NCBI GenBank assembly: GCA_963755715.1 | Contig: CAVWLW010000002.1 | Location: 1 to 64,000 of the forward strand | Source: an uncultured delta proteobacterium | GTDB lineage: Bacteria; Desulfobacterota; Binatia; UBA9968 | Reading direction: 5' to 3' | Length of the DNA stretch: 64,000 nucleotides | In this document: piece after piece, positions 20,740-30,135 of the stretch | How the letters are laid out: each line of letters begins with the position of its first letter | Position numbering within the stretch: position 1 is the first letter of the stretch | Notes under the pieces: generated by a model | The model's input: only the letters and a program-made list of their open reading frames with translations | Database searches by the model: none | What the model was told of the DNA's origin: nothing | Position numbers and translations under genes: made by a program

Positions 20740-20816
20740 ACCACGAAGGCACGAAGCACACGAAGGTATTGGATATCAAGACTCTTAAACTTCGTGCTCT
20801 TTATGACCTTCGTGGT
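20740..20816. repeat. Palindromic element built from CACGAAG repeats
   Basis: ACCACGAAGGCACGAAGCACACGAAG ... CTTCGTGCTCTTTATGACCTTCGTGGT between convergent genes. Confidence 0.7.
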
Positions 20817-20868
20817 GAGGCCGTAGTTTCTTGGCATGCGCTGCTTCTCTGCGGTGAATCTTCCTTAA

Positions 20869-21810
20869 TCATCCCAGCGCTTTGAGCTCTTCGATGTAAT
20901 CTTTGAAGCCGGCTTCGATATCGAATTCGGGGCTCCAGCCGAGCACCTGCTTGGCCTTCTCGATCACCATCGGTTGTTTGGCTGAGCGCGGACGTTGGCC
21001 CGGAATGATTTCGACCTGGAGCTTCGGCAGTAGTTTTTCTGCCGTGGCGACGAGGTCGTCGAACTTGATCACCACGCCGGTGCCGATGTTGAGTGTTACC
21101 GGTTCTTTCAATGGCGTCGTGACCGCTTTATCGAGAGCGCGGCCCAAGTCTTTGTAGTAAACGTACTCGAAGTCGCGCGCGACTTCCTGGGCGATTTTCA
21201 CCACACCGCCTTTGATACCGGTTTGCAGCATGTTCTGCACCATCTCGCCGCCGCCTGAGCCGCCGGCGAAGTGACCGACGCCATAGACGTTGGCGAGACG
21301 CAGCACGATCAATTCGAAGCCGAACATGCGTTGGTACGCCTCGACCATCAATTCTTTGGCGACTTTGGAGTTGCCGTAAGCCTCGCCGGGGCCGCGGCGA
21401 AAATTTTCGTCGATCGGGGTCGGCTCGCCCTGGCGCCGGTCGTAAATGCCGAAGGTGCTGATCTGGACGAGACGCTTCACGCCGGTCAGGCGCACCGCCT
21501 CGGCGACGTTGATTGTACCCATGACGTTGATCTGCAAGCCGGAATAGATCGGATTGGCGACTTTGCCGCCGATCAGCCCGGCGGTGTGAAGGACCGTGTC
21601 GCATTTGTATTTTTGCATCGTTTCGATCAGCGACGGCAAATCACGCACGTCGCGTTGCACGACGGTAATGTTGGCGCTGCCGAGCTTGTGCGCGAGAAAA
21701 TCTTTGCGCGGCGCAAAATCATAAAACACCACGTTCTCGCCCCGTTTGAGCGCATGCTGCGCGTAGGAAGTGCCGACCAGTCCCAAGCCGGTTATTAATG
21801 TGGTTCCCAT
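20869..21810 (-). CDS. NAD-dependent epimerase/dehydratase (extended SDR)
   Basis: LITGLGLVG, HTAG, NVMGT.N, YGNSK (YxxxK), NVYG. Confidence 0.9.
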   Translation of the reverse strand: MGTTLITGLGLVGTSYAQHALKRGENVVFYDFAPRKDFLAHKLGSANITVVQRDVRDLPSLIETMQKYKCDTVLHTAGLIGGKVANPIYSGLQINVMGTINVAEAVRLTGVKRLVQISTFGIYDRRQGEPTPIDENFRRGPGEAYGNSKVAKELMVEAYQRMFGFELIVLRLANVYGVGHFAGGSGGGEMVQNMLQTGIKGGVVKIAQEVARDFEYVYYKDLGRALDKAVTTPLKEPVTLNIGTGVVIKFDDLVATAEKLLPKLQVEIIPGQRPRSAKQPMVIEKAKQVLGWSPEFDIEAGFKDYIEELKALG

Positions 21811-22018
21811 ATGTGCCCCTTCCAATTGGAGTTAGCTCCCACTTACTTCAAGGTCGGCGAAATGTCCAGGCTGCCTTGGCAAGACTGTGGATCGAGGATA
21901 ATGGATTTAAGATCGCGCGCAACACTCGCGCCTGAGCGACGGGCAGACTTGATTGCAAAGCGCGAATGCGGCGTTGTATACCGTGAAGAAATATCGTGCG
22001 CAGAAGAAGGAGAGGAAC

Positions 22019-23117
22019 ATGCAAGGTGTAGTCGATGCCGACACGCATATCGCTGAGCCGGAGGCGATGTGGAAATTGATCGATGAAAAGATGGCGCCGC
22101 GCCGGCCGGTTTTGGTCGGGTTGCCGGATGATACTTGGTTCGGCGATCGCAACGCTCTGTGGCTGATCGACGGCAATATTTTTCCCAAGCCGGCGGGGAA
22201 GGGGAGTTATCGACTGGTCACGCCGTCGGCGCAAAAGGCGGAGAAAGTGCGCGGCGACATCGCGATTGCCAGCCGCGAAGTTGCCGACGTTGGCGCGCGG
22301 GTTAAGGATATGGACCGGCTCGGCGTCGATGTCCAGGTGATCTACCCGACGCTATTTTTGGTTTACATCACCGACGATCCGGAATTGGATACGGCGTTTC
22401 AGCAAAGCCTACAACTCTTGGCTCGGCGACGGCTTGCGCAGAAATCGAATGGGCGATTGAAGTTCGTGGCGGTGTTGCCGCTGCGTTCGATCCCGGAGTC
22501 GCTCAAAGAGATGGAAGCGAGCGAAAGAACTCGGCGCTGTGGGCGTTTTCTTCCGCGGCATCGAAGGCGACAAGACCCTCGATCATCCCTATTTTCATCC
22601 GGTTTACGAGCAGGCCGTCAAGCTCGACATGGCGATCTGCATTCACACCGGATCGGGCGCGCCGTGGATGCTGCCGTACTTCGAGCACGCGCGCAACCAC
22701 ACTTTCGCCCATGGGCGCGCGCTGCCGATCTTCGCCTTCCGCGATCTCATCGCGAATCGGATTCCCGAAAAGTTTCCCGGTTTGCGCATCGGCTTCATCG
22801 AAGCCTCCGCCGGCTGGGCGCCGTTCATGATCCACATCCTGCGCCGGCTATTTAAAGACCGGCCCAAGTTCAAAAACAGCGCCGAGCTGTTCCGAGATTA
22901 CAATCTGTTCATCGCTTGCGAGGCCGACGAAGACATCCCATACCTCGCCAAATGCATCGGCGAGGACAACATCGTCATCGGCTCCGACTACGGCCACAAC
23001 GATCCGTCGGCCGAGGAGAAGCTTGTCGAGGCGTTGCAAAAACGCGAAGACATCCCCGAGCCATTCGCGAAAAAGATCCTTGTCCACAACCCGCGCAGGC
23101 TGTACGGGCTGCAGTAA
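22019..23117 (+). CDS. Amidohydrolase_2 family protein; frameshift(s) near 22400-22540
   Basis: VDADTH, DMDRLGVDVQVIYPT; second half IHTG, FIEASAGW, GSDYGHND, NPRRLY. Confidence 0.85.
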
Positions 23118-23199
23118 CGGTGATTGCCTATTATTGAACTTCGACGCGCCCAAGGGTTACGAAGTTGGGCGATAATAGCACGCGCTGATTTTTCGTTCT

Positions 23200-23227
23200 T
23201 TGTCATCTCGACCAGACGGAGAAATCT
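23200..23227. repeat. REP-like half element TGTCATCTCGACCAGACGGAGAAATCT
   Basis: Resembles GTCATCTCGACC...GGAGAGATCT intergenic repeats; single copy in this window. Confidence 0.35.
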
Positions 23228-23368
23228 TCTTTCCCGAACGAAATTCATCCGCCGTGTTGGTGAAGCACGTGATATCGAACAACATAGAGAACTTCGTGGC
23301 GCCGACACGGAAGCGCAATTATCTAAATTCTGGCAGCGTCGTTGGAATAGGTTTGCTCTAGGACGGAA

Positions 23369-23761
23369 CTAGGCGGCCAGCAAATGGGTCCGCAGGACAT
23401 CACGTAGCATGGGCAATTGAAACGGCTTGTACAAAATCTCCGCGGCTCCGGCATTAAGCGCACGGTTTGCCCGCTCTTCAACGTTGCAGTCGGTGGTCCA
23501 CCCGCTATTTAAGACCACCGGGATATTGCGGGTGGACGTATTTCTCTTTAATTGCACGGTTACTTCATCTCCATTTATTCCGGGCAAGCGTATGTCCATC
23601 ATGATCAGATCAGGATGGATGCTGGAAGCCTTATCGAGGCCCTCTGGACCCGTGGCCGCTTCGAAGACTTCATGGCCCAAACCACTGAAAAATTCTCGAA
23701 GCGATTCCCGAAACTTTTCGTTGCTATCGACGATCAATATTTTCTTAGCCGTGTTCCGCAT
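23369..23761 (-). CDS. Single-domain response regulator (receiver)
   Basis: KILIVD, PDLIMMDIRLPGING, IPVV, KPF. Confidence 0.9.
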   Translation of the reverse strand: MRNTAKKILIVDSNEKFRESLREFFSGLGHEVFEAATGPEGLDKASSIHPDLIMMDIRLPGINGDEVTVQLKRNTSTRNIPVVLNSGWTTDCNVEERANRALNAGAAEILYKPFQLPMLRDVLRTHLLAA

Positions 23762-23775
23762 GGAAGGGAGTATGA

Positions 23776-23790
23776 GCACAAGCGATGCCA
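23776..23790 (-). promoter_or_regulatory. Sigma-54-type promoter
   Basis: TGGCATCGCTTGTGC (GG-N10-GC) immediately upstream of the response regulator. Confidence 0.5.
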
Positions 23791-24225
23791 AGCCCTGCAA
23801 ACGTCAGTATGCTGGAATTTTCTCGCCGATAGAGAACATCCTGAGATATTTCTCGGAACGAAAGATGACTGTCATTTTGTCATGATTCGCATTGACAGTC
23901 ACCAAAGCCAAAGTAATGGCAAAGTTACAAAATTCTCTTGTGCTCTTAGGTAGGTGGTTACAGAAGCATCTAATATCCTCTTGTCGTTTGGGTCGTTTAA
24001 GCACCCTGCGAAGACAGTCCATCACTGACTAAGCAGCGAAAACAGTGACAAGACGGTCAAAACAGTGTCACCATCGGTTGGCAGACTGGCGTGCGTAGAA
24101 TGCGATAGACCTGTAGACGTTCCTCGCGCCGACCGAACGGACTAGCTGAACTTGTAAGACATTTTTCACTAGGATCGCGATTTCTCGGCCCTTCAGGCAC
24201 TTCCACAAGGTACGGTTTTTAAGAG

Positions 24226-24240
24226 TGGCATCTTTTATGC
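24226..24240 (+). promoter_or_regulatory. Sigma-54-type promoter
   Basis: TGGCATCTTTTATGC, 73 nt upstream of ORF 24314. Confidence 0.6.
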
Positions 24241-24313
24241 TTTGGGTTTGGCTTGGAGCATCCATGAACGTACTGCCCATCGCCGTAACGCCTAGCTAAA
24301 GGAACTTGATTAG

Positions 24314-24826
24314 ATGTCCGTCAGTTTTTGTCCAGAAGCCTTACGCACAATCGGCCACGATCTAGACTGGCGCGGTATTAAAACCTTTCTCATACGATGC
24401 GAAGGTAACCTTTTCGTTGTCGATGCTGGTTATCAATCGCCTCCGGCTGTTACTCCGGTCACTTTGCATTATACATTGAGTGACATCCAGCGCTTGGATC
24501 GCGAGGCACAAGAAAGAAATGATCACGTCTCGCCGGTCAAGGACTTTCTAAGCTTGTCCCAAATCTTCTGGGCGATCGGTACCTATGTGAGCGGTAAGCA
24601 GGCTCGCTTACTGCATGTTTCCAATACAGCCTCGACTGGGACAAGGCCCGTCCTAAAGATTGAATATGAGACGGTCCAGGGCGACCGAGTCGTCGACGAC
24701 CTAACCGGCTCGGCCATTTACGAGCTGTGTATCAGCATGTACAAACTGAGAGGAACATCAAGCATTACTAGTAGCCGGTACACTCGTTTCAGCGGCTTAG
24801 GCGAAAGTAATCAGGCCCGGCATTGA
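24314..24826 (+). CDS. Hypothetical protein with possible internal duplication
   Basis: 170-aa ORF; RBS AAGGA; LRTIGHDL and FWAIGTYV segments look related. Confidence 0.7.
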   Translation: MSVSFCPEALRTIGHDLDWRGIKTFLIRCEGNLFVVDAGYQSPPAVTPVTLHYTLSDIQRLDREAQERNDHVSPVKDFLSLSQIFWAIGTYVSGKQARLLHVSNTASTGTRPVLKIEYETVQGDRVVDDLTGSAIYELCISMYKLRGTSSITSSRYTRFSGLGESNQARH

Positions 24827-25022
24827 GTGGCGGCTGTATGGGCAGTGGGGCTTGCCAGTCCATTTCCGTTACCGCCGAAATCATTTCTTCGTGGTTTCGG
24901 TTTAAGCGTCTGCGGTAATAAATTAATGAATATAGCCGCCGCCCGGCAACTTTTCGACGAATTGCAGGGCTATCAACTGGGCGGGATCGCCTGTCTTTGG
25001 AGCGCTGCGTGGAGGCTATGCT

Positions 25023-25379
25023 TCATCGCGAGCGGCATTTAAAGTTGGCGATTAATTGACCAGGACGACCTTTGCGCCGTGCTGTCTTCCAACGCAGGAG
25101 CCCTTGGCGCAGATAGTTGGAGTTTATCTGTAAATATTCACAGATATTCTCGAACGAAAATAGCGAGTCATTGTCTGCAGCCAAAAACCACTCTTCGGCT
25201 TCTTGGAACAATTCTTTTCCCGCCTTATCGTTGGCGAGCGCATACTTCTGAAAGTCTTCAATGGCATTTTCCAGGAGCGCGAGCATCAGTCTTTTCTCTC
25301 CCTCGCGGATGTTCGTCTTCAATAAGTCCTCGATAATTCCATCGTCCGTGGGTTCTGCTATAAGCGATACTAAATCCAT
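25023..25379 (-). CDS. Hypothetical protein, paralog of 27649..28005
   Basis: EKRLMLALLENAIEDFQKY..AEEWF..LFSFENICEYL..YLRQGL; RBS GAGGAG. Confidence 0.85.
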   Translation of the reverse strand: MDLVSLIAEPTDDGIIEDLLKTNIREGEKRLMLALLENAIEDFQKYALANDKAGKELFQEAEEWFLAADNDSLFSFENICEYLQINSNYLRQGLLRWKTARRKGRPGQLIANFKCRSR

Positions 25380-25447
25380 AATCGTCGCTCCTCAGTGCTG
25401 GTACGCAGTTTGCCGGGCCAGGGTGGTACACTGACTCCTCTGAAAAC

Positions 25448-25462
25448 GCAAAGGACAAGCCA
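25448..25462 (-). promoter_or_regulatory. Sigma-54-type promoter
   Basis: TGGCTTGTCCTTTGC; conserved upstream of the paralog. Confidence 0.6.
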
Positions 25463-25617
25463 TCGGAGATGAGACGAAAAAACCGTAGTCGAGGGAAGTA
25501 GCGGGAAGGGTTAATGACAAAGAGTGGGGGCTATAGATGCCAATTGAGGTATCGCGTTTGGCTCGCCGACCCGATCTGCTCGTCCAGTCAATATCGATTC
25601 ATGGCAGTACCGTTTTT

Positions 25618-26496
25618 ATGAACCAAGTTTCGGAAATTCTCTTGCGCGTGACCACCGATCACAATTTGGTGCGGGAGTGGGAGCTTGTGCTTCTCGCTCA
25701 GGGTCTATCGCCGAGCGTGCGTCCGAACGCTGGCGGTGTTGTTCTTAGCGTACCGGAAGCAGAAGCAGACAGGGCACGTGCAGCTCTTTTGGCTTATGAC
25801 AATGAGAACGCAGTTAAAGGCGCCGACCGGCATGAGCCGGCAAGTTCTGCGAGTCTGCTGGCGGGAGGTATGGTTTCGGGAATATTTATTCTGGTCATGT
25901 TTTGTGTCACTACGGTCTGGTTCCCGACCGTCTCTTGGTTCGAGCGCGGCGGCGCGGACGCTGATCGGATACTTCACGGGGAGCTTTGGCGTACGATGAC
26001 CGCTCTCACTCTGCATGCAGATTTTGGCCATGCTGTGAGCAATGCGGTGGCCGCCGCCATATTCCTGGGTATGGTATGTAGCCTTTTAGGGTTGGGCTTA
26101 GGTTGCGCTCTGGTGCTGCTCGCTGGAGCGGGCGGGAATCTTGCCAACGCGTTTTTACACGGCTCTCCGCATGTTGCGGTAGGAGCATCGACGGCGGTTT
26201 TTGGTGCGGTCGGAGTGATCGGAGGTTTAAGCATGGCTAAGCACCGGCGCAGCGCGTCGAGCAGACGCCGCGCCTGGCTATCCTTTGCCGCGGCTCTCGC
26301 CCTGCTTGCGATGCTAGGAACCGGCGGAGCGCGCGTCGATGTCTGGGCTCATCTCTGTGGTCTTTTGGTTGGCGGGGTTCTAGGAATCGCCGCCGCGTAC
26401 ATCACGCCGCGTCCACCGGGTTTACGCGTCCAGTGGGCCTGCGGTAGTGTTGCGGTTGGCGTGCTGATCTACAGCTGGACGCTTGCGCTTCGTTGA
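25618..26496 (+). CDS. Rhomboid family intramembrane serine protease
   Basis: WR..TALTLHAD..H..SN, GASTAVFG, AHLCG. Confidence 0.9.
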   Translation: MNQVSEILLRVTTDHNLVREWELVLLAQGLSPSVRPNAGGVVLSVPEAEADRARAALLAYDNENAVKGADRHEPASSASLLAGGMVSGIFILVMFCVTTVWFPTVSWFERGGADADRILHGELWRTMTALTLHADFGHAVSNAVAAAIFLGMVCSLLGLGLGCALVLLAGAGGNLANAFLHGSPHVAVGASTAVFGAVGVIGGLSMAKHRRSASSRRRAWLSFAAALALLAMLGTGGARVDVWAHLCGLLVGGVLGIAAAYITPRPPGLRVQWACGSVAVGVLIYSWTLALR

Positions 26497-26568
26497 AGCG
26501 ATCGGCGAAACCGCGGACAGTTAGGTAAGGGCGCACACCACCGCGGATCTAAACGAGGAGGGGGATCA

Positions 26569-26760
26569 ATGAAGATCAGAATATCGATTCTTGGGTTGAT
26601 TGTTAGTCAGAAGCTTACTGGTAAAAAAATTGGTTTGTTTGTTGTGTTGCTGCTTATTACTTTTGCCTCCGGTTGTTCGTCGGTCTGCAGTAACAGCGAA
26701 GGCTTTTATAAGGATATCCCGCGCCGGCCGATGAATTATCGCGAGTATATGTCAGATTGA
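26569..26760 (+). CDS. Small putative lipoprotein
   Basis: RBS GAGGAGG; hydrophobic stretch ending FASGC. Confidence 0.5.
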   Translation: MKIRISILGLIVSQKLTGKKIGLFVVLLLITFASGCSSVCSNSEGFYKDIPRRPMNYREYMSD

Positions 26761-26795
26761 ATTATCGCCGCGTATGAACGGAATTCAGCAGGAGA

Positions 26796-27566
26796 TCACT
26801 CTTTTCGTGTTGCCGCGCGCTTTTGATAGTTCCAGGTGCCGTCGCGTTGGGGTTCGCGGCCTTTGAGAACATCCTTGAAGTGCGGCTGCTCAGACAGCGG
26901 TGTGCGATTTAACATCTCATCCAGTACGTCGTCCTTCAGATACGTGTAGTCCTTGCCCTGGGCGCAGTAGGCGAGATAGTTCATCTGCGCCTGCTCCTCT
27001 AGATGGGCCATGCTCATGACCGCTTCTGAGAGGGTTTTTCCAGTGGTCACGGCGCCGTGGCCGCGCAGCAGCATTGCTTGGCTCTCGCCCAACAGATTTG
27101 CGACCTCCATGCCTTCGGCGTTGCTCTGGATAGTTTTTACATGCGGATATACGGGAAGTGGATGGCGCAGGAGCTGTGCGCCTTCTTGACGCATCGGTTT
27201 CAAGGAGCCAGTGAGCACGCTCATGAGGATAGTGTAGCGCGGATGGACGTGCACAATGGCCTGGATCTGCGGGTGAGTTTTGTAAATGCAGGCGTGTATC
27301 TTCACTTCGGAGCACTGGGTCAGTCCCGTTCGTCCCGCGATGAGAAATCCCTCGGTGTCGCACATCACCATATCGTCCGGCTCCATGATCGCCAAGGCGT
27401 CGAACTCATACTCTCGGCCCTTGACGAAAAAATGGTCAGGCTCTGAGGGGACGCGCATGCTGGCGTGGCCGAGGGCGGCGGTCAGCCCGGTCGCCAGGCC
27501 GAGATTGGCGAGCACGCGGTTCGCAGCCGCCACGTCGCGCTTTACATCTTCGAGATCTGAGTTCAT
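26796..27566 (-). CDS. Class II aldolase/adducin family protein (possible decarboxylase)
   Basis: GHASMR, SEVKIHACIY, VHVH, LLRGHG. Confidence 0.9.
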   Translation of the reverse strand: MNSDLEDVKRDVAAANRVLANLGLATGLTAALGHASMRVPSEPDHFFVKGREYEFDALAIMEPDDMVMCDTEGFLIAGRTGLTQCSEVKIHACIYKTHPQIQAIVHVHPRYTILMSVLTGSLKPMRQEGAQLLRHPLPVYPHVKTIQSNAEGMEVANLLGESQAMLLRGHGAVTTGKTLSEAVMSMAHLEEQAQMNYLAYCAQGKDYTYLKDDVLDEMLNRTPLSEQPHFKDVLKGREPQRDGTWNYQKRAATRKE

Positions 27567-27648
27567 GTCTGGATACTCCTTGCGAGGCAGAAAGTATCCG
27601 ATAACGAAGGTTTACTCAATGCTTTTGGCTTTTCTCAAACAAAAAAGC

Positions 27649-28005
27649 TCATGACACGCGCCGGCTCGCGCTTTTGAAGCACTGCTGAGATTGGCCGTTC
27701 TGTCTGGCGGCCTTCCAATGCATCAACCCGTGGCGCATGTAGGCGGGGTCTAGCTCCAAGTGCTCACAGATAGTGTCGAATGAAAATAACGAGGAGGTGT
27801 CGGTATCTAAAATCCATTCCTCGGCGTCCTGAAACAATTGTTTTCCGCGTTGATCGGTCGCCAGGACGTATTTCTGAAAATCTTCGGTGGCGTTTTCCAG
27901 TACAGCCAGCATCAGTCTTTTCTCGCCGTCGCGTGTAATCTTCTTAAACAGATCTTCCAAAATTCCGCTGTCCGTCGGCTCGACTAGTCCCAATGCCCTG
28001 TTCAT
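27649..28005 (-). CDS. Hypothetical protein, paralog of 25023..25379
   Basis: EKRLMLAVLENATEDFQKY..AEEWI..LFSFDTICEHL..YMRHGL; RBS AGGAG. Confidence 0.85.
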   Translation of the reverse strand: MNRALGLVEPTDSGILEDLFKKITRDGEKRLMLAVLENATEDFQKYVLATDQRGKQLFQDAEEWILDTDTSSLFSFDTICEHLELDPAYMRHGLMHWKAARQNGQSQQCFKSASRRVS

Positions 28006-28064
28006 AATGGTTTCTCCTGAGTTTTGATGGTGATCTCCGTGCGCTGCGCCGGCTCCTCTGAAAC

Positions 28065-28079
28065 GCAAAGTGCAAGCCA
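28065..28079 (-). promoter_or_regulatory. Sigma-54-type promoter
   Basis: TGGCTTGCACTTTGC. Confidence 0.6.
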
Positions 28080-28356
28080 TTGGAGATGAAACGAAGGGAC
28101 AGCACTCTGGGGAATTAGCAAGGAAGGGTTACGTCAAATGAAGAGGGTGAAGATGCCCGTTGATCGACCGATGCTTAGCGCGCCGGGCCGCTCCACTTGT
28201 CCGTGCTCGCCACATTCTATTTCATCGTATTGAAACGGGCCGTAAGGAAGTGCGGCGGCCGCGTGCCGAACGTTCGCGAAGCTTAAAGCGGCAACGATCG
28301 TATCAAAGCCGAAATTATTGGCAATAATGTTATGACCTGTCTATAATCCGACTCGC

Positions 28357-28575
28357 ATGGCTAACCTCTATCATAACGATCGCCTGATCATCGCCTTTGC
28401 GTCGCTCAACCAAAGCGACAAGCAGTGGAGCGCGGGCGCAGAAATCACTTGGAAGGTCGATGGCCAGCGGCGCTCGCACAGCATCAGCGGCTTATCGGAC
28501 CGATTCAAGACCAGCACGGATGCGGAGAAGTTTGTCATCAATCTCGCCAAGGCCTGGATCGATGCGAATCCGTGA
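28357..28575 (+). CDS. Small hypothetical protein
   Basis: 72-aa globular-looking ORF ending F.T..DAEK...LAKAWID; TATAAT just upstream. Confidence 0.7.
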   Translation: MANLYHNDRLIIAFASLNQSDKQWSAGAEITWKVDGQRRSHSISGLSDRFKTSTDAEKFVINLAKAWIDANP

Positions 28576-28643
28576 TTTTCAAAGCGCGAGGTAAGAGGCA
28601 TGAGGCGTGAAAGAGTGAAGGGTGCCTTTATTTTTGCAGGACC

Positions 28644-28669
28644 GTAGGGGCAGACCTATGTGTCTGCCC
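28644..28669. repeat. GTAG-type REP palindrome
   Basis: GTAG GGGCAGAC CTATGT GTCTGCCC: GTAG foot plus 8-bp stem. Confidence 0.6.
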
Positions 28670-28788
28670 TTTCGGATCACGTGCGCTGGAAATATTCGCC
28701 GAAGCAGGCACAATAGAAAGCCATGGCAGAGCAGGTTTGGGAGAGCAGAGGTTGATATATTTCGCATGTTCGGGGAAGGTATTTTTCC

Positions 28789-30135
28789 ATGAGCTATAAT
28801 GCCTGGTTTCAGTGCATCAACGGTTGCCCGGGGCAGTACAGTCTTTTAGAGATCATTTATCGCTGCCCGACGTGCAGCGACTTACTCGAAGTGCGCCACG
28901 ACATGGAGGCCTTGAAAGCTCGGGCGGCGGGAGCCTGGATCAAACTCTTCGACGATCGCGTTGGACAAAATGTTTACCCCTACGGCTCCGGAGTATGGGC
29001 GAAAAAAGAGTGGGTCGTGCCGTTTATCGATAACGAGAACGTGGTTTCGACCTGTGAAGGCCACACCAATCTCTTCTGGGCGAATCGCTACGGCAAGCAG
29101 CTTCACGTCGAGGATCTTTGGGTCAAGCAATGCGGCAACTCGCACACCGGTTCTTTCAAAGACCTCGGCATGACCGTCTTGGTCTCTGTGGTGAATCAGA
29201 TGATCGCCAACGGCGAGCCCATCGACGCGGTGGCGTGTGCATCGACGGGCGATACATCGGCGGCATTGGCGGCCTACGGCGCGGCGGCGGGAATTCCAAC
29301 CGTAGTGTTTTTGCCGCGCGATAAAGTGTCGCCGGCGCAGTTGGTCCAACCGCTAGCCAACGGCGCGCTGGTATTATCGCTCGACACCGATTTCGATGGT
29401 TGTATGGCGGCGGTCCAGGAAGTGACCAAGCACAAGCATATTTATTTGGCCAACTCGATGAACAGCCTGCGTATCGAAGGCCAGAAGACAATCTCAATCG
29501 AGATCGTCCAACAATTCGATTGGGAAGTGCCGGATTGGGTGATCTTGCCGGGCGGCAACCTCGGCAACGTCAGCGCCTTCGGCAAGGGCTTTTTGATGAT
29601 GTACGATCTCGGCTTGATCTCGAAATTGCCGCGCATCTGCGTCGCGCAAGCGGAAAACGCCAATCCGCTTTATCTTTCTTATCTGACAAACTTCGAGCAT
29701 TTCGAAGCCATGACGGCGCGCAAGACTCTGGCGAGCGCCATTCAGATCGGCAATCCGGTGAGTGTCCGCAAAGCGATCGCGACGCTGCAGCGCTTCAACG
29801 GCGTCGTCGAGCAAGCCTCGGAGTCGGAGCTGGCAGAGGAGGTCGCGCGCGCCGACCGCACCGGTATGTTCAATTGCCCGCATACGGGAGTTGCGCTGGC
29901 AGCGCTCAGAAAACTGGTGGAGAAAAAAGTGATTCGCGGCCACGAGCGAGTGGTCGTGATCTCGACTGCCAACGGCCTTAAATTCGCCGATCAGAAGATC
30001 GCGTACCACGCCAGCGCGCTCCCCGGTATCCAGGGAACTTTACAAAACCGGCCCGTTGAAGTTGTCGCCGACCCCAAGCATATCAACGACGCGATTGCAC
30101 GTTACGTCGAGCGCGTGCGCTTGCTAGACGGCTGA
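28789..30135 (+). CDS. thrC: Threonine synthase (plant-like subfamily)
   Basis: [11 protein letters not shown] (PLP Lys), [40 protein letters not shown]. Confidence 0.95.
   Translation: MSYNAWFQCINGCPGQYSLLEIIYRCPTCSDLLEVRHDMEALKARAAGAWIKLFDDRVGQNVYPYGSGVWAKKEWVVPFIDNENVVSTCEGHTNLFWANRYGKQLHVEDLWVKQCGNSHTGSFKDLGMTVLVSVVNQMIANGEPIDAVACASTGDTSAALAAYGAAAGIPTVVFLPRDKVSPAQLVQPLANGALVLSLDTDFDGCMAAVQEVTKHKHIYLANSMNSLRIEGQKTISIEIVQQFDWEVPDWVILPGGNLGNVSAFGKGFLMMYDLGLISKLPRICVAQAENANPLYLSYLTNFEHFEAMTARKTLASAIQIGNPVSVRKAIATLQRFNGVVEQASESELAEEVARADRTGMFNCPHTGVALAALRKLVEKKVIRGHERVVVISTANGLKFADQKIAYHASALPGIQGTLQNRPVEVVADPKHINDAIARYVERVRLLDG

Noticed and set aside
20740-20816. CACGAAG or 7/9-mer repeats as a CRISPR array
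   Set aside because: No constant 23-47 bp repeats with unique spacers, and no cas genes
23117-28600. AT-richer stretch as a prophage or genomic island
   Set aside because: No integrase, att repeats, tRNA or phage genes seen
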